The notes under the pieces are model-generated. The model was not told the origin of the DNA and did no database searches. It saw only the letters and a list, made by a program, of their open reading frames with translations. Below, piece by piece: positions 49,786 through 62,816 of a DNA stretch of 64,000 nucleotides (position 1 is its first letter; each line of letters opens with the position of its first letter). Source of the DNA: Chrysemys picta bellii. Lineage: Eukaryota. A program made the position numbers and the translations under genes. The stretch is from assembly GCF_011386835.1 (NCBI RefSeq), contig NC_088802.1, positions 20,212,001-20,276,000 on the forward strand, in the 5' to 3' direction.

Positions 49786-50897
49786 AGAATCAGAGAACTG
49801 GAAGGGACCTCGACAGGTCATCTAGTCCATTCCCCTGCACTCAAGGCAGTACAAAGTATTATCTAGACAATCCCTGGCAGGTGTTTGTCCAACCTGTTCT
49901 CTAAAAATCTCCAAAGATGGAGATTACACAACATCCCTAGGCAATTTATTTCAGTGCTTAACCACTCTGGCAATTAGGAAGTTTTTCTAATATTCAACCT
50001 AAACCGCCCTTGTTGCAATTTAAGCCCATTGTCCTATCCTCAGAGGTTAAGACGAACAATTTTTCTCCCTCCTCCTAGTAACAACCTTTTATGTACTTGA
50101 AAACTGTTATCATGTCTCCTCTCAGTCTTCTCTTCTCCAGACTAAAGGAACCCATTTTTTTCAATCTTCCCTCATAGGTCATGTTTTCTAGACCTTTAAT
50201 CATTTTTGTTGCTCTTCTCTGGACTTTTTCCAATTTGTCCACATCTTCCCTGAAATGTGGAACCCAGAACTGGACACAATACTCCAGTTGAGGCCTAATC
50301 AGCATTGAATAGAGTGGAAGAATGACTTCTCGTGTCTCGCTTACATCACTCCTGCTAATACATTCCAGAATGATGCTTTTTTTTGCAGCAGTGTCACACT
50401 GTTGACTCATATTTAGCTTCTAATCCACTATTACCCGCCAGATCCCATTTCACAGTACTCCTTCCTAAGCAGTCATTTTCCATTTTGTATATGTGCAACT
50501 GATTGTTCCTTCCTAAGTTTAGTACTTTGCATTTGTCCTTATTGTATTTCATCCTATTTACTTCAGAACATTTCTTTAGTTTGTCCAGATCATTTTGAAT
50601 TATAATCCTATCCTCCAATGCACTTCCAACCCCTCCCAACTTAGTATCATCCTCAAACTTTATAAGTGTACTCTCTGTGCCATTATCTAAGTAATTGATG
50701 AAGATATTCAACAGAACCGGACTAAGAACCAATTCCTGTGGGACCCCACTCGTTATACCCTGCCAACATGACTGTGAACCACTGATAACTAGTCTCTGGA
50801 AACTGTTTTCCAGCCAGCTATGCACCCACTGTATGGTAGTTCCATCTAGGTTGTATTTCTCTAATTTGTTTATGAGAAAGTCATGAGAGACACTATC
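49786..50897 (-). mobile_element. CR1 LINE 3' fragment
   Basis: ORFs 50075-50410 and 50394-50900 encode CR1 RT. Same insertion point and 5' truncation as 3370-3957. Confidence 0.92.
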
Positions 50898-51594
50898 AAG
50901 AAGAAATGAATTTGACCAGTAAACATTATCTCGACACAGTGATATAATTTTGAAAAGAGGGGCTTGATATAAAATCAATGGGACTTTTGCTCCTAAGTCA
51001 CTTAAACTCCAACTCAATGGGATTCTTGACTCAATTTTCTGTGTGTCTGAATATCAGGCTGTACATACAGTAGAGAAATTATCCTGCCCTCCTGGAAGTG
51101 AATGGCTATTTTTACATCAGTTATTAATGGAAAAGGGAATGAAATCAATGTTCTTCCAATGTCAAAATTATGTTTGTTCCCATAGAACCCTAGAGAGAAC
51201 CTGAACCTTTCCTCCATTATCAGGTCATGAGACAAATGCGTAAGCAAAGAGATGGACCTCGTACTTGAACGTGAATGTCAACACAGGCAGATTTTGTGCA
51301 CTGGGAAATTCAACTCCCAGTGCGTTTTTCAGACAATGCCCCCCGCACACACACACACCTACCCTGCTCTCAGCTATCTCAGTGATGCCTTGAGAAAAAG
51401 AGAACTGGGTAATTCAGGTAAATCACTTTCACCAACCATGGTCTCTGTGCTATAGCTGAGTCTGTGTGAGCAGACTGCTGCAGCCAGACAGAAGTCAATG
51501 AGACTGAAGAGACTCACCCCTAGATAAGAGGGGCAAAATCTGGTCCTTTGAAATGAAAAGGATACAAAAATTAACAAGGAATAAAAATATGAAT

Positions 51595-51667
51595 CAACTC
51601 ACCTGCCTTTTAAACATGTCATAAATATGGTGAGATCATTCTGACCTGTGATTTTTTATTTTCTTAG
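51595..51667 (-). promoter_or_regulatory. Truncated 5' exon of OR-D with intact splice donor; own promoter missing
   Basis: CAG|GTGAGT at 51603/51602. Homology to the other units stops at ~51667. Confidence 0.55.
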
Positions 51668-52409
51668 AGAGATATTGCAGTAGATGTACTGGATACTGGG
51701 TCTTCTGCATCCAGGGTGAGTGCTCTAGCCCTGAGGCTATAGAGTTATTCACTTTTTCTCTCTCTCTGCGTCTATGTCACTCCCTCCCTCATATCTCTAA
51801 GATGGCCCAGTGACTTCATGGAGCCACAGCAGATTCACACCAGCAGAGAATCTGGTCAATTATCTCTTTGTCTATTATTTTCTGTCAATTGTTTTAGACT
51901 GTTTTGTTTAAAATTCTATTTATTATCTGTGGTATCTTACTGGATTCATTCCTATTAAAATCACTAGGAATTTTCAAGAAGAAGAAGGAGAAAAGAAGAA
52001 ATGAATTTGCCGGCAAACATTTTCTAGTCAGTGACATAATTTTGGAAAGAGGGGCTTGATAGAAAATAAGTGACTTAGGACCAAAAGTCGCATTAAAACT
52101 CTTTTGAAAATCTGACTCAATGGGACTTTGATTCATTGCTTTGCACATCTGAATGTCAGGCTTGCACATAAGAAGAGAATCTATTCTGCCCTCATGGAAG
52201 TGAGTGGCTTTTATTACATCCATTTTTAATAGAAATGGGAATGAAGTCAATAGTCTCACCAATGTCCAATCTATGTTTGTCTCCATATGACCCAGAGAGA
52301 AACGAAACCATTCCTCCATTATCAGGTCAAGAGACAAATACCTAAGCAAAGAGATGGACCTTGTATTAAAACATAACTATTAACCCAGGTAGATTCTGTG
52401 CAAAGGGAA

Positions 52410-53498
52410 ATTTCACAGTGGAGAGAGATAAATAGCTGGGTCTCTCAAGGATCAGTACTGGGACCAGTGCTGTTTAACATATTCATAAATTATCTCGGAA
52501 AAGGGGTAAACAATGAGGTAGCAAAGTTTGTAGATTATACAAAATTACTCAAGATAATGAAATACAAGCAGACTATGAAGAGTTACCAAGGAATTTCAAA
52601 AAAGTGAGTGACTGGGCAAAGGAAATGGCAAATGAAATTAAATGCTCATAAATGCAAAGTAAAAAATGCATTGAAAAACAAATTAGCTGTTACTCTTCAA
52701 GAAAGATCTTGGAGTCATTGTGGATAGTTCTCTGAAAACATCCACTCAATGTGCAGCGGCAGTCAAAAAACTAACAGAATGTTAGCAACCATTAAGAAAG
52801 GAAGAGAGAATAAAATAGAAAACATCATAATGCCTCAATATAAATCCATGGTATGCCTACACAATGAGTACTATGTACCGTACTCATTGCTCCATCTCAC
52901 AAAAAGATATATTAGAATTGGGGAAAGTACAGTGAAGGGCAACAAAAATGATTATGGGTATGGAACAGCTTCCATATGAGGAGGCATTAAAAAGACTGGG
53001 AAAGTTTGGCCTGGAAAAGAGATGACTAAGGGGAATGTGACAGATGCCTATAAAATCAAGACTGGTGTGGAGGAAGTGAATAAGAAAGTATTATTTACCC
53101 CTTCACATAACATACAAATCAGGGGTCCCCTGACAAAATTAATAGGCAGCAGGTTTAAACCAAACATAAGGAAGCACTTCTTCACACAACACACAGTCAA
53201 CCTGTGGAACTAGGTGCCACAGGATGTTGTGAAGGCCAAAAGTATAACTGGGTTTCAAAAAAGAATTAATTGAGTTCATTAGGGTAATTGGCTTTTAGCC
53301 AATATGGCCACTCTCTGAATGTCCCTAAATGTCTGACTGCTAAAAGCTGAGGCTGGATAAAAGGGAATGGATCACTTGATACATTGCTCTGTTCTGTTCA
53401 CTCCTTCTGAAGCATCTGACACCTGCCACTGTTGAAAGATAGGATACTTGGCTAGATGGACCACTGGTTTGACCCAGTATGGCCATTCTTATGTTCTT
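52410..53498 (+). mobile_element. CR1 LINE 3' fragment (different subfamily)
   Basis: [16 protein letters not shown] motif and tail GGACCACTGGTTTGACCCAGTATGGCCATTCTTATGTTCT. Confidence 0.88.
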
Positions 53499-53654
53499 AA
53501 TAAAGTTATGAGTCTTCTCCAGATAATGCCTTACCCCTAACCTACCCATTCCCTTAACACGCTCTCTCTCTGTGTCTGTCTCTGTCTGTCTGTCCAAAAA
53601 AAGAAACTACAGCTAACATGCACCAAATGAACTCAATTGTCTCAGTTCTGCCTT

Positions 53655-53699
<45 letters not shown>

Positions 53700-53764
53700 G
53701 TGATTCAAGTAGTATCTCTGTTCTCATCCATCGCCCCTGTGCTGCAACTCACTCTGTGTGAGCA

Positions 53765-53941
53765 TACAGTGGAGTTGTAGCTGTTTCTGTCCCCGGATAT
53801 TCGAGAGACGAGAGGGGTGAGATAATACCTTTTATTGGACCAACTTTGGTTGGTGATGGAGAAGAACTCCATGTGGCTCAAAAAATTCTCTCTCACCAAC
53901 AGAGGCTGGTCCAATAAAAGATATTACCTCACCCACCTTGC
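53765..53941. mobile_element. Palindromic Penelope-derived insertion
   Basis: 13-bp TSD CTCTGTGTGAGCA (53752-53764, 53942-53954). ~40-bp inverted arms surround a degenerate hammerhead-like spacer. Confidence 0.75.
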
Positions 53942-54094
53942 CTCTGTGTGAGCAGATTGCTGCATCCAGGCAGAAGTCAATGGGACTCTGTAGAGAGACC
54001 TACCCCTAGGTAAGGCGGGGGAGAGGGAAGAGAATCTGGTCCTTTGGAATGGAAAGGATAAAGTAAGATTAAAAGGAATAAAAAAATATGAATC

Positions 54095-54470
54095 AACTCA
54101 GCTGACTTTTAAATGTGGATCATAAATACGGTGAGATCATTCTGACCTGTGGTTTTCTCTTTCTGTTTTCTTAGTCTGTTTAGACAGACAAATCAATAAG
54201 TAGGTAGATAGTCTCTCTATCTGCCTCTGCAATACACCATGTCAGGAGATCAACTCTTCTTTACTCCAAACACTTAAATCTGACAAGGTAGGTAGGGTTA
54301 TCCCTGGGAGTGGAGCAAAGAGCCTTTACTCTTCTGACTCCAAGACTAAGAACTGATTTTTGAGAGCTGTTTAAATGCTATTTTATTCCACCGGGACAAA
54401 ATCCCTGCTGTTCACTCTCTGTAACAAGCTACCTGTAACACACAGCTGGGTCAGTCCTTAAGCAACAATT
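54095..54470 (-). promoter_or_regulatory. Orphan OR promoter/5' exon with mutated donor
   Basis: Paralogous block with O/E-like TCCCTGGGA (54301-54309). The donor reads CAG|CTGAGT (+1 G>C at 54101). No OR coding exon belongs to it. Confidence 0.55.
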
Positions 54471-54553
54471 TTCCATGCATAAGAATGAGAGCATTGAGAC
54501 TTGGCTTAACAAAGGAGCCTAATGGATTTAGATATCCAATCTCAGTTACAGGC

Positions 54554-55401
54554 TGTCAGGGTTCCCTCCTCACTCTGAACTTTAGGGTACAGATGTGGGG
54601 ACCCGCATGAAGACCCCCTAAACTTATTTCTACCAGCTTAGGTTAAAAACTTCCCAAGGCACACATTCTTTCTTATACCTTGGATTAAGTAATGCTGCCA
54701 CCACCAAGTGATTGAAACAAACATTTAGGGAGGGCCACTTGGAGCCCTACCTTCCCCAAATATCCCCCCAAGCCCCTACACCCCTTTTTCTGTGCAGGCT
54801 TGAGAATAATTCCCCAAGCCCTACACCCCCTTTCCTGGGGAGGCTTGAGAATATATTCTCACCAATTGGTACAGGTGAACACAGACCCAAACCCTTGGAT
54901 CTTAAAACAATGAAAAATCAATCAGATTCTTAAAAGAAGAATTTTAATTAAAGAAAAGGTAAAGGAATTACCCGTATAAAATTGGGATGGTAAGTACTTT
55001 ACAGAATAACAAAAGACTCAAGAACATAGAGGATCTTCCCTCTAGGCAAAACCTTAAAGTTCAAAATCAGGGATAAACCTCCCTCCTTCTACAAAGGAAA
55101 TCACAAGCCAAAATAAAAGTAAGCTAACGCATTCCTTCACTAGTACTTACTAATACTAATGGAGTTGGATTGCTTGCTTTCTTGATCTGTCTTTGGCAAG
55201 CACACAGAGCAGACAGACAAAGCCTCCCCCCTCTCAGCCCCCCACCACAGATTTGAAAGTATCTTGTCCCCTTATTGGTCCTTTTGGTCAGATGTCAGCT
55301 AGGTTACCTGAGCTTCTTAACCCTTTACAGGTAAAAGAGGAATTAACCCCTTACAGGGTAAAGAATGATTTTATGCTACCCTTAGCTGTATGTTTATGAC
55401 A
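54554..55401. mobile_element. Solo LTR (Gypsy-like)
   Basis: TGTCAGGG...TTATGACA termini. Absent from paralogous spacers. TSD only partial (CAGGC/CAGAT). Confidence 0.7.
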
Positions 55402-56129
55402 CAGATTCAGATTTTCAAAGTGTCCTAGGAGCTAGACACCCAAACAGCAAACCATTTAATCTCCTATATGCTCCTTTGAAGATGCTAGCCATAAAGAGAA
55501 TGGAGCAACCAGATTGCATCAGGTGGCAAGAAAAAAATGGGTGGTGAGAGAAAGGAGGAATTATATTGTGTAGGACAACATTTGCTGGACAACATTTTTC
55601 AGAACATTTTTTGTGTGAAAAAACTAAGTTTTGGTTGACCTCATATTATTTGCAAATTTGACACCTATTCACCAAATATTTTCATGCAAAGGGAAAAACA
55701 ATGTCTAAATTGACAGCCCAGCATATGGAACCCTAGCACTCACATTAATACCTTGTGTCTATTGGTTGGGGTATTCGGATGTGGGAGAAACTCATTCAGT
55801 TTCCACTTCTGCTTGCTGTGGAGCAGAGATTTGAAGCTAGGTCTCCCATCTCTCAGGAAAGTGCTTTATCTTTGGGCTATAAGGCAATTTAGGCCAGGGC
55901 TTTCTCAGGTTCTCCAGATGAAGCTGTTCACATTGTATAAATCAGCAGCAGGCTAATATACATCACGATAATGAAGCCATGGTGACATGCAGAACGGATT
56001 TCCATCTTGAGTCGTCCCTTGTGAGACTTCTTGCTTCCACAAGAGTCAGTATGGGAGGATTTAGATTTCCTAAATTTCTCAGAATTGCATCTTCCAATGT
56101 TATTCATGGTCACCCTTATGTTCTGCTTC

Positions 56130-57005
56130 CTTTGATCTCAGCTTTCTAAACCTTCAGTAAAAGTGTACCTTCTTCTGCACATTGGACATACCCCCACCAT
56201 TACAGTCATCTTCTTTTCAACTGATGCAAGATGCAACTAGCTGGAATGATCTAAGCATGTTCTCATTTGTGACAAAGTCAAACCAGCAGATGTTAAGAAT
56301 CCTCTGTACTTTTGACACTGAAAATTGTCTAGTGTCATCTCTCAGCTATCTAATGGTATCTATCAGCTATGTTTCTGCTCCATATAACAGAGTTGCCATC
56401 ACTACCATGTTGAACACTTGTCTCTTAGTTGTCACACAGACATTCTGCTGCCCAAACAGAGGTATTTGAAGATGCTGAAATGCCACGGACGTAAGACTGA
56501 TCATACGTGTGACCTCTTCGGACATAGACCCTCCTGCTATCAACAAGCTACCCAGAGAGATAAAACTATTCACCCATTCAATGTCATTGCCATCTACATG
56601 TACATAACCAGGTCATTAATTTCCATTTTATAGGAGGCATGGATGGTTTTCGTTTTATCATAATAAATAAAGCAGTTTTTCTCAGCTCATGGTCAGTAGT
56701 CTCTCCAAGTAAGGCAATATCATCCTCATATTTTAGATCCACTCAAGATGAATCTTTAAATAGTACACCTCCTACCTGGGCCACAATCAATCTTGTCATC
56801 TGATAGTCTATTATAACATTAAATACCAAGGTTTGGAGAAAGCATACCTGACACACCTCTGATTTTACAGAAAACCAGTCTGTAATACAACTGTTGACCC
56901 TCGCACAAGTCAATGTACCATGGTACTCTTCCTTTATGGGGCACACTAAGCCCTCATACGCTGATTGATGCAGTGAGTCAAAACTGGTGATAAAGTCTAT
57001 AAACA
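56130..57005 (-). mobile_element. RTE-clade LINE fragment including RT motifs
   Basis: Minus strand FIDFITSFDSLH (ORF 56743-57006), DLKYEDDIALL near 56700-56740, and TKRQVFNMVVMATLLYGAET. Confidence 0.78.
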
Positions 57006-57257
57006 TAATGGTAACATCCTTTGCTCACTCTAGGAGTTTTTCAGAACATTCTATCTATCAGGTGAGACACGTGGGTTTTCTCTTTAGTAATTGTTAAGAT
57101 TTTTTCAGGATCTGTCACTACTATGGTGTTTTTTTGTACCATATAATGGAATGTGTATTTCACCCAACAGGTCTCTCTGGGAACTAGAACTATCTCCCTA
57201 GGGGAAGAGGGAGGAAGCCTCCTTACACTTAGTGTGTCTACACAGTCAGCTAGGGTT

Positions 57258-57390
57258 AAGTATCAGAGGGGTAGCCGTGTTAGTCTGAATCTGTAAAAAG
57301 CAACAGAGGATCCTGTGGCACCTTTGAGACTAACAGAAGTATTGGGAGCATAAGCTTTCGTGGGTAAGAACCTCACTTCTTCAGATGCAA
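57258..57390 (-). mobile_element. Short Penelope-terminus insertion
   Basis: 13-bp TSD GTCAGCTAGGGTT (57245-57257, 57391-57403). Confidence 0.9.
57348..57388 (-). ncRNA. Minimal type I hammerhead ribozyme, catalytic core intact
   Basis: Minus strand reads GCAT-CTGAAGA-A-GTGAG(GTTCTTA)CCCAC-GAAA-GC-TT-ATGC. Confidence 0.78.
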
Positions 57391-60300
57391 GTCAGCTAGG
57401 GTTGTGATTCCCAGCTCATGTAGACTCACTCACGATAGCTCTCATTGAGGAAACTCACTCAAAATAGTAATGTAGCTGTTGTAGTACAAGCAGTGGCACG
57501 TGTTGGCATGGACTAGGCATGTCAAATACATACCCATGAGGTTCAGGCAGGTTTCTACTCAGTGAAACTAGTCTGTGCCTCCACTCACTGCAGTCCATGA
57601 TACTACTGCTACACTGTTAATTTTGGAATGCTAGCTCGATAAACTGGGAATCACACATCTAGCTCATAGTGTAGACGCAGCCTTAATGATCATTGAAAGT
57701 CAATGTGTTAAAGTCTGTAGCATGCTGCCTGGGGGACACTGGAAACAGTTTGAACAGACTGGGTCACACTTGGGGAATCACACTGAGAGTTATACGGAAA
57801 CACAGGAGAATCTGGGCAGGCCAAAGAATGCAAATCAGACAGGTTGTGTTCCTGTAATTTAAGAGTGAAGCCAAATTAATTTAACTTTTAGTATGAGATT
57901 AGATGAGATTAAGTAGGTGTGCAGGGTTCTGGCAGGAGCTATCCTTCAACCCCCAACCCATGGGTTTTCTTGTGGTTTCAAGTTCATCATATCTCACCTC
58001 AGACCAAAATCAAGTCCTGACTCTATGTCATTGACTTCTCCAGTTTGGCTCTTTGAAGAGACCTTGACTTGGTAATCAGCCAGACAATGGGTATCCCCTG
58101 AAAGTGTAGCTGCAGAAGAACAGATTTTAGGTGGGTCATTTGCATAATCTTCACCCAAAACAATTTCCTTGAAAATCCACTTCACACGGATTATCCCAAA
58201 AAGTCCTTTGAAGTCCCCAATATATCCCAGCAATTGCATTATTCATGTCTTCCTCCTAAAGAAGCACTATGCAATCCTACAGAAGTCCATAAACATTTGC
58301 ATTTTTAATGCAATGAAGCCCAAAGTTGTGAAACTTAATTTGATAACATTTGTTCAGGATGTTACAGGATCTTGTCATATCTGCAATACAGTGTTTTGCA
58401 CTCTTGCACTCTATATTGCACTATTGTAATATAGTGTCTTCTTGCTGCACTTACTTAACTCAAATCTTCTTCTAACCTTACTCCCATCTATATGGGGTTG
58501 GTGTTCACATCCTTTTTCTCCATTGCAGTCTGTCTTGAATGCTATTCTTTGGAAACTCTGCAGCTAATCATGTACTTTAGTATGACATCCATCCATCTAG
58601 TTCTGGGTCTGCCAACGCTTCATTTTCCCTCCACTTCTAAGTTTAACTCCCTGTTTCCTATATATTCTTCCAATTTTCTTTTCACATAGACAAACCATCT
58701 ATGCCACGATTCCCTCAGCTTTTCTATAACTGATATCAACTTCACATTTCCTCTACTTCATTCGTTCCAAACATGTCTATCCACGGAACTCCAAGTATCC
58801 AGCTTTACATTTTCATTTCCATTGTATTCAGGATCTGCTCCTGTGTTTTCCTCAGTGCCCAGAATTCAGAGCCCTATGAAAGTGCAGGCCTAATTAATAT
58901 CTTGCAGATCTCACTTTTCAATTTGATAGGTTTAGTGAAAATACAAATGTTCATACAAATAGGCATATGATGCCCAATCCAGCAAGAACTTTACTCCTGT
59001 GAATATGTTGTACACATGAATAATTTTATTGAAATTAAGTGTGAGTACAGACTCCCAGCACGAGTGTGATTCTATCTGCAGGATGGGGTTCGTGTAAAAT
59101 GTTGATTAGATTCAGTCCTGCAGGTGGTCTATAAGTGGAAGTCTTGTAAGCCTCAGTTGGAGTTCTGAATGCACACAGGCCGTAGGGGCATGTCCATTTA
59201 GTCTAAACATTCAAGTGCATGCAGTATCATGTCTATAGATTCACAAAAAAACATAATAGGGAAATGAAGAAGCCCACTGAGTGGAGACCTCCTCTCTTTC
59301 TTCCTGTAGGACTTTCATAAGGTGAGGTTGATGGTTTGGTGAACCACTGTTGGGTAGGTGTTCCATGCATGTGTTGATGGCATGAAGAAGACACATAATT
59401 AGACAGTGGAACTTCTTGCCACAGAGCAACTTTGAAGAGCAAAAATGTAGCAATATTCAGATAAGGTTTGGATAAGACAAATATTCACGGTTATTATAAT
59501 TAATTATGACAACATACTTTGAAGGGATATTAAACATCATGTTTCAGGGATTAAGCCACATAACCGAGTCACTGTCCCACATTAAACAGTTTTAAACAAG
59601 GTTCAGAGTTCAGTTTGCAGAGAGCTCAGTCTGTTTAGAACCTTGGCAAACACACCATTAAAAATCTTTTTTTATAACCTTTTATTAAAGACAAGAAGTA
59701 AAAATGCATTTGAAATGTAAAATATTAAATCAGGCTTTCATTTTAAAAACATCCTTTGTTCCCTTTTTCTTGAGCTGGAGACAGTTAAAAAAACACAATT
59801 AGATAAGTTCATGGAGGATAGGTTATCAATGGCTATTAGTCCAGAAGGCCAGAGAGGCAACCCCATGTTCTGGGTGTCCCTAAACCTCTGATTGCCAGAA
59901 GCTGGGACTGGACAACAGGGGATTTATCACTCGACAATTGTCTGTTCTGTTCATCCCTTTGAAGAATCTGGCACTGGCCATTGGCAGAAACATGATACTG
60001 GGCCAGATGGACCATTGGTCTGACCTGGAATGGTCTTTCATTTGTTCTTATGTTCTAACATGATAATAGGTGGTTCCCTAGTCAATGGGAGATGCTGAGG
60101 AGTGGGGTATGTTCTAAGCCCTACCGCTGTCATAGAGTTCAGTCCCTATATCCCCATGAGCGAGACACATCCTTCTGCTTGTCATTCTCAGCTAGGAACC
60201 CTCTAATCCCACCTAAGGGTTTTTTTTACATGAAGCTGGGGCTGAAGGAGGAAAAAGAAGGAATTAGAAGGAGGAGATCGCTCATAACTTTTATCCCAAT

Positions 60301-61027
60301 GGTAAGGGTAGTCACCTGGAATGTGAGAGAGCCCCACATCAAGTGCCTGATAAAGAGACAGGATGTAAGCAGGAGATCTCTCCCCATCCATGTGGATGCC
60401 CTAACCACCGGGCTACGCTCATATGGGTGTCTCTCTAACTCTCCTGTTCAAGCCTAAATTCCTTTGGGGATCTAGCCCTCTCTGGGAAGTAAACCCATTG
60501 ACTCCAATTATTATTATTATATTATCCTTATTAATTATTATTGAAAATCCTTGAGATTTTAGTAGGATAGAATAAGATACCTGATATTAAATAGAGTTTC
60601 AACAAATTAGTCAAAAAACAAAAGAACAGAGATTAATAGATGAAGAGATTCTTTTTATAGAATTGGCCAGAATCTCAGCTGGCATAAATTGGCCATAGAT
60701 CCCCTGAAGTCAGTGGGCCAGACTAAAGAGATATGGAGATAGAGGAAAGGAAGAAATGTGTGAATGGCTCTACAGCCTGGTGCTCAGAGCACTCACTTGG
60801 GATTTAGGAGACCCAAGATCCAGTCCCCCGTGCTCCAGTGACTCTTGTACAACTGGGAATCAGGCCTGCTGACTTCAGTGGAGACACACTCATTTAGACC
60901 AACTGAGGTTTTGTCCCAACATGTCCGTCAGTTACCTGAGCTGAGAATTTCCCAAACACAAATTATCCACAGTTCTATGCTCTCTAATGTAAAAATATGT
61001 AATTAAATTTATTTAAGATCATCAACA

Positions 61028-61966
61028 TTACTTGAGAAACTTTAATTTTCCCAACATTTTCCTTAGATCTGTTTTCACCTCCTTGTTTTTCAGGCTGTAG
61101 ATGATGGGGTTTAACATGGGGGTCAAGACACTGTACTGGATGGAGAATATTTCATCCAGCACTACAGAAGAGACTGAGCTGGGTTTTGTGTATTGAAGAA
61201 AACCAGTCAGGTACAACAAGCCAACCACAATAAAGTGGGAGCTGCAGGTGGAGAAGGCTTTACGCCTGCCCTCCGCAGAGCGTATCCTCAGGACGGTGGA
61301 GATGATGTGAATGTATGAGATCAGGGTGAGGAGGAAGGCACTTGATCCAAATATCACAACAGAAGTAAGAAGCACCACTTGGTTGGTGAGGGTCTCAGTG
61401 CAGGACAGTTGTAACAGAGGAGGAATCTCACAGCTGAAATGAAGGATTTGGTTGGAGCCACAGAAATGCAACTTCAGAGTAAAAACAGTGTTATGAAGGG
61501 CATAAAGTAAGCCTGTGGTCCATGCCCCACTCACCAGCTGAACACAGATCCCTTTGCTCATTCTCTCCATGTAACGCAATGGGTCACAGATGGCCATGTA
61601 GCGGTCATAAGCCATGGCTGAGAGAATGAAAACTTCAGCACAAGCTGAGAGGAGGATGAAGAACATCTGAGCAATGCAGCCATTGACAGAAATAGTTTTG
61701 TGTGTTGCTAGGAAGTTCCTCAGTGCGTTAGGCACCATGACTGAGGAATAGCAGATATCAACAAAGGATAAATGGAAGAGAAAGAAGTACATAGGGGTGT
61801 GAAGGTGAGAAGCAGCTCTTATCACCACCATGATAACTATGTTACCACCCAGAGTTATTAGATAAATAACTACAAACACCAAGAAGAGGAAAATCTGCAT
61901 CTGTGGGTCACTGGAAAATCCCAGGAGAATAAATTCGGTCACTGTGGTTTGATTTTTCATTGGCAT
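61028..61966 (-). CDS. Olfactory receptor, class II, intact (OR-E)
   Basis: 312-aa ORF with [38 protein letters not shown]. Confidence 0.97.
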   Translation of the reverse strand: MPMKNQTTVTEFILLGFSSDPQMQIFLFLVFVVIYLITLGGNIVIMVVIRAASHLHTPMYFFLFHLSFVDICYSSVMVPNALRNFLATHKTISVNGCIAQMFFILLSACAEVFILSAMAYDRYMAICDPLRYMERMSKGICVQLVSGAWTTGLLYALHNTVFTLKLHFCGSNQILHFSCEIPPLLQLSCTETLTNQVVLLTSVVIFGSSAFLLTLISYIHIISTVLRIRSAEGRRKAFSTCSSHFIVVGLLYLTGFLQYTKPSSVSSVVLDEIFSIQYSVLTPMLNPIIYSLKNKEVKTDLRKMLGKLKFLK

Positions 61967-62816
61967 TTATTCAGGAAAACTGTGACCTGGAAGACCAATC
62001 AATCAATCAATCAATAGAGTTAACTAATACCATAAAAGTGAATTGAAATGGCATGTAGCGATCATCTCTTTTTAAAATAGACAAGATTTAGAGAAAACAA
62101 CAGCGATAAGCAGGCTGGAATTTGTGTGTTGTACAGAGACAAAATGGGCTATATACACAACAGGGCTTCGGCCCCTAACTGCCACTTTAAGCACCTAAAT
62201 TGCAGCATTAGGCCCCACAGGTATTCACAAAATCTGCACCCAGCTGGGACTATGGGACAGTCTGATGCGGGCCTCGCTTATCCTCTCCTGATGAATCTGT
62301 TCCACTGTGGTTAAAAGAGGCATTGGAGAAAGGAGACTGGATACTGGATCTCCTGCATCTAAGGTGAGGGCCCTAACTACCAGTACATAAAGTAATTCCC
62401 TCACTTGCTGTTTCTCTCTGGCCTAATAACTCTTTAATCTGTCCCTCTAACATCAGCAGAGATACAGCTGTTTTTACTCCAGCTGGGGATCTGACCCCTT
62501 TACTCCAATGGAGCTATGGCTGACTCACACCCCCTGGGGATCTGGCCAATTGTACCTCTTTATCTATTACATTTTCTATTTTTTGTAGGCCAGTTGTTTT
62601 CACCCTTTTCTTTCATTTGTGGACCCCTAAAAAAGTTTGAATGGAGGTGCGGACCCCTCATTTGTGGACACCCAGGGGTCTGTGGACCACAGGTTGAAAA
62701 CCACCACTGTATAGTATTTAATATCTATAGTATCTTATTGGATTCATCCTTAATAAAATATCTAGGATTTCTATACTAATAAAATAAAAATAAATAATAA
62801 ATAATAAAAAAAAATA

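Larger units (their letters stand above)
57231..57682. mobile_element. PIF/Harbinger-like MITE (host of the hammerhead element)
   Basis: GTGTGTCTACAC...GTGTAGACGCAGCC inverted termini with TTA next to both ends. Confidence 0.65.
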
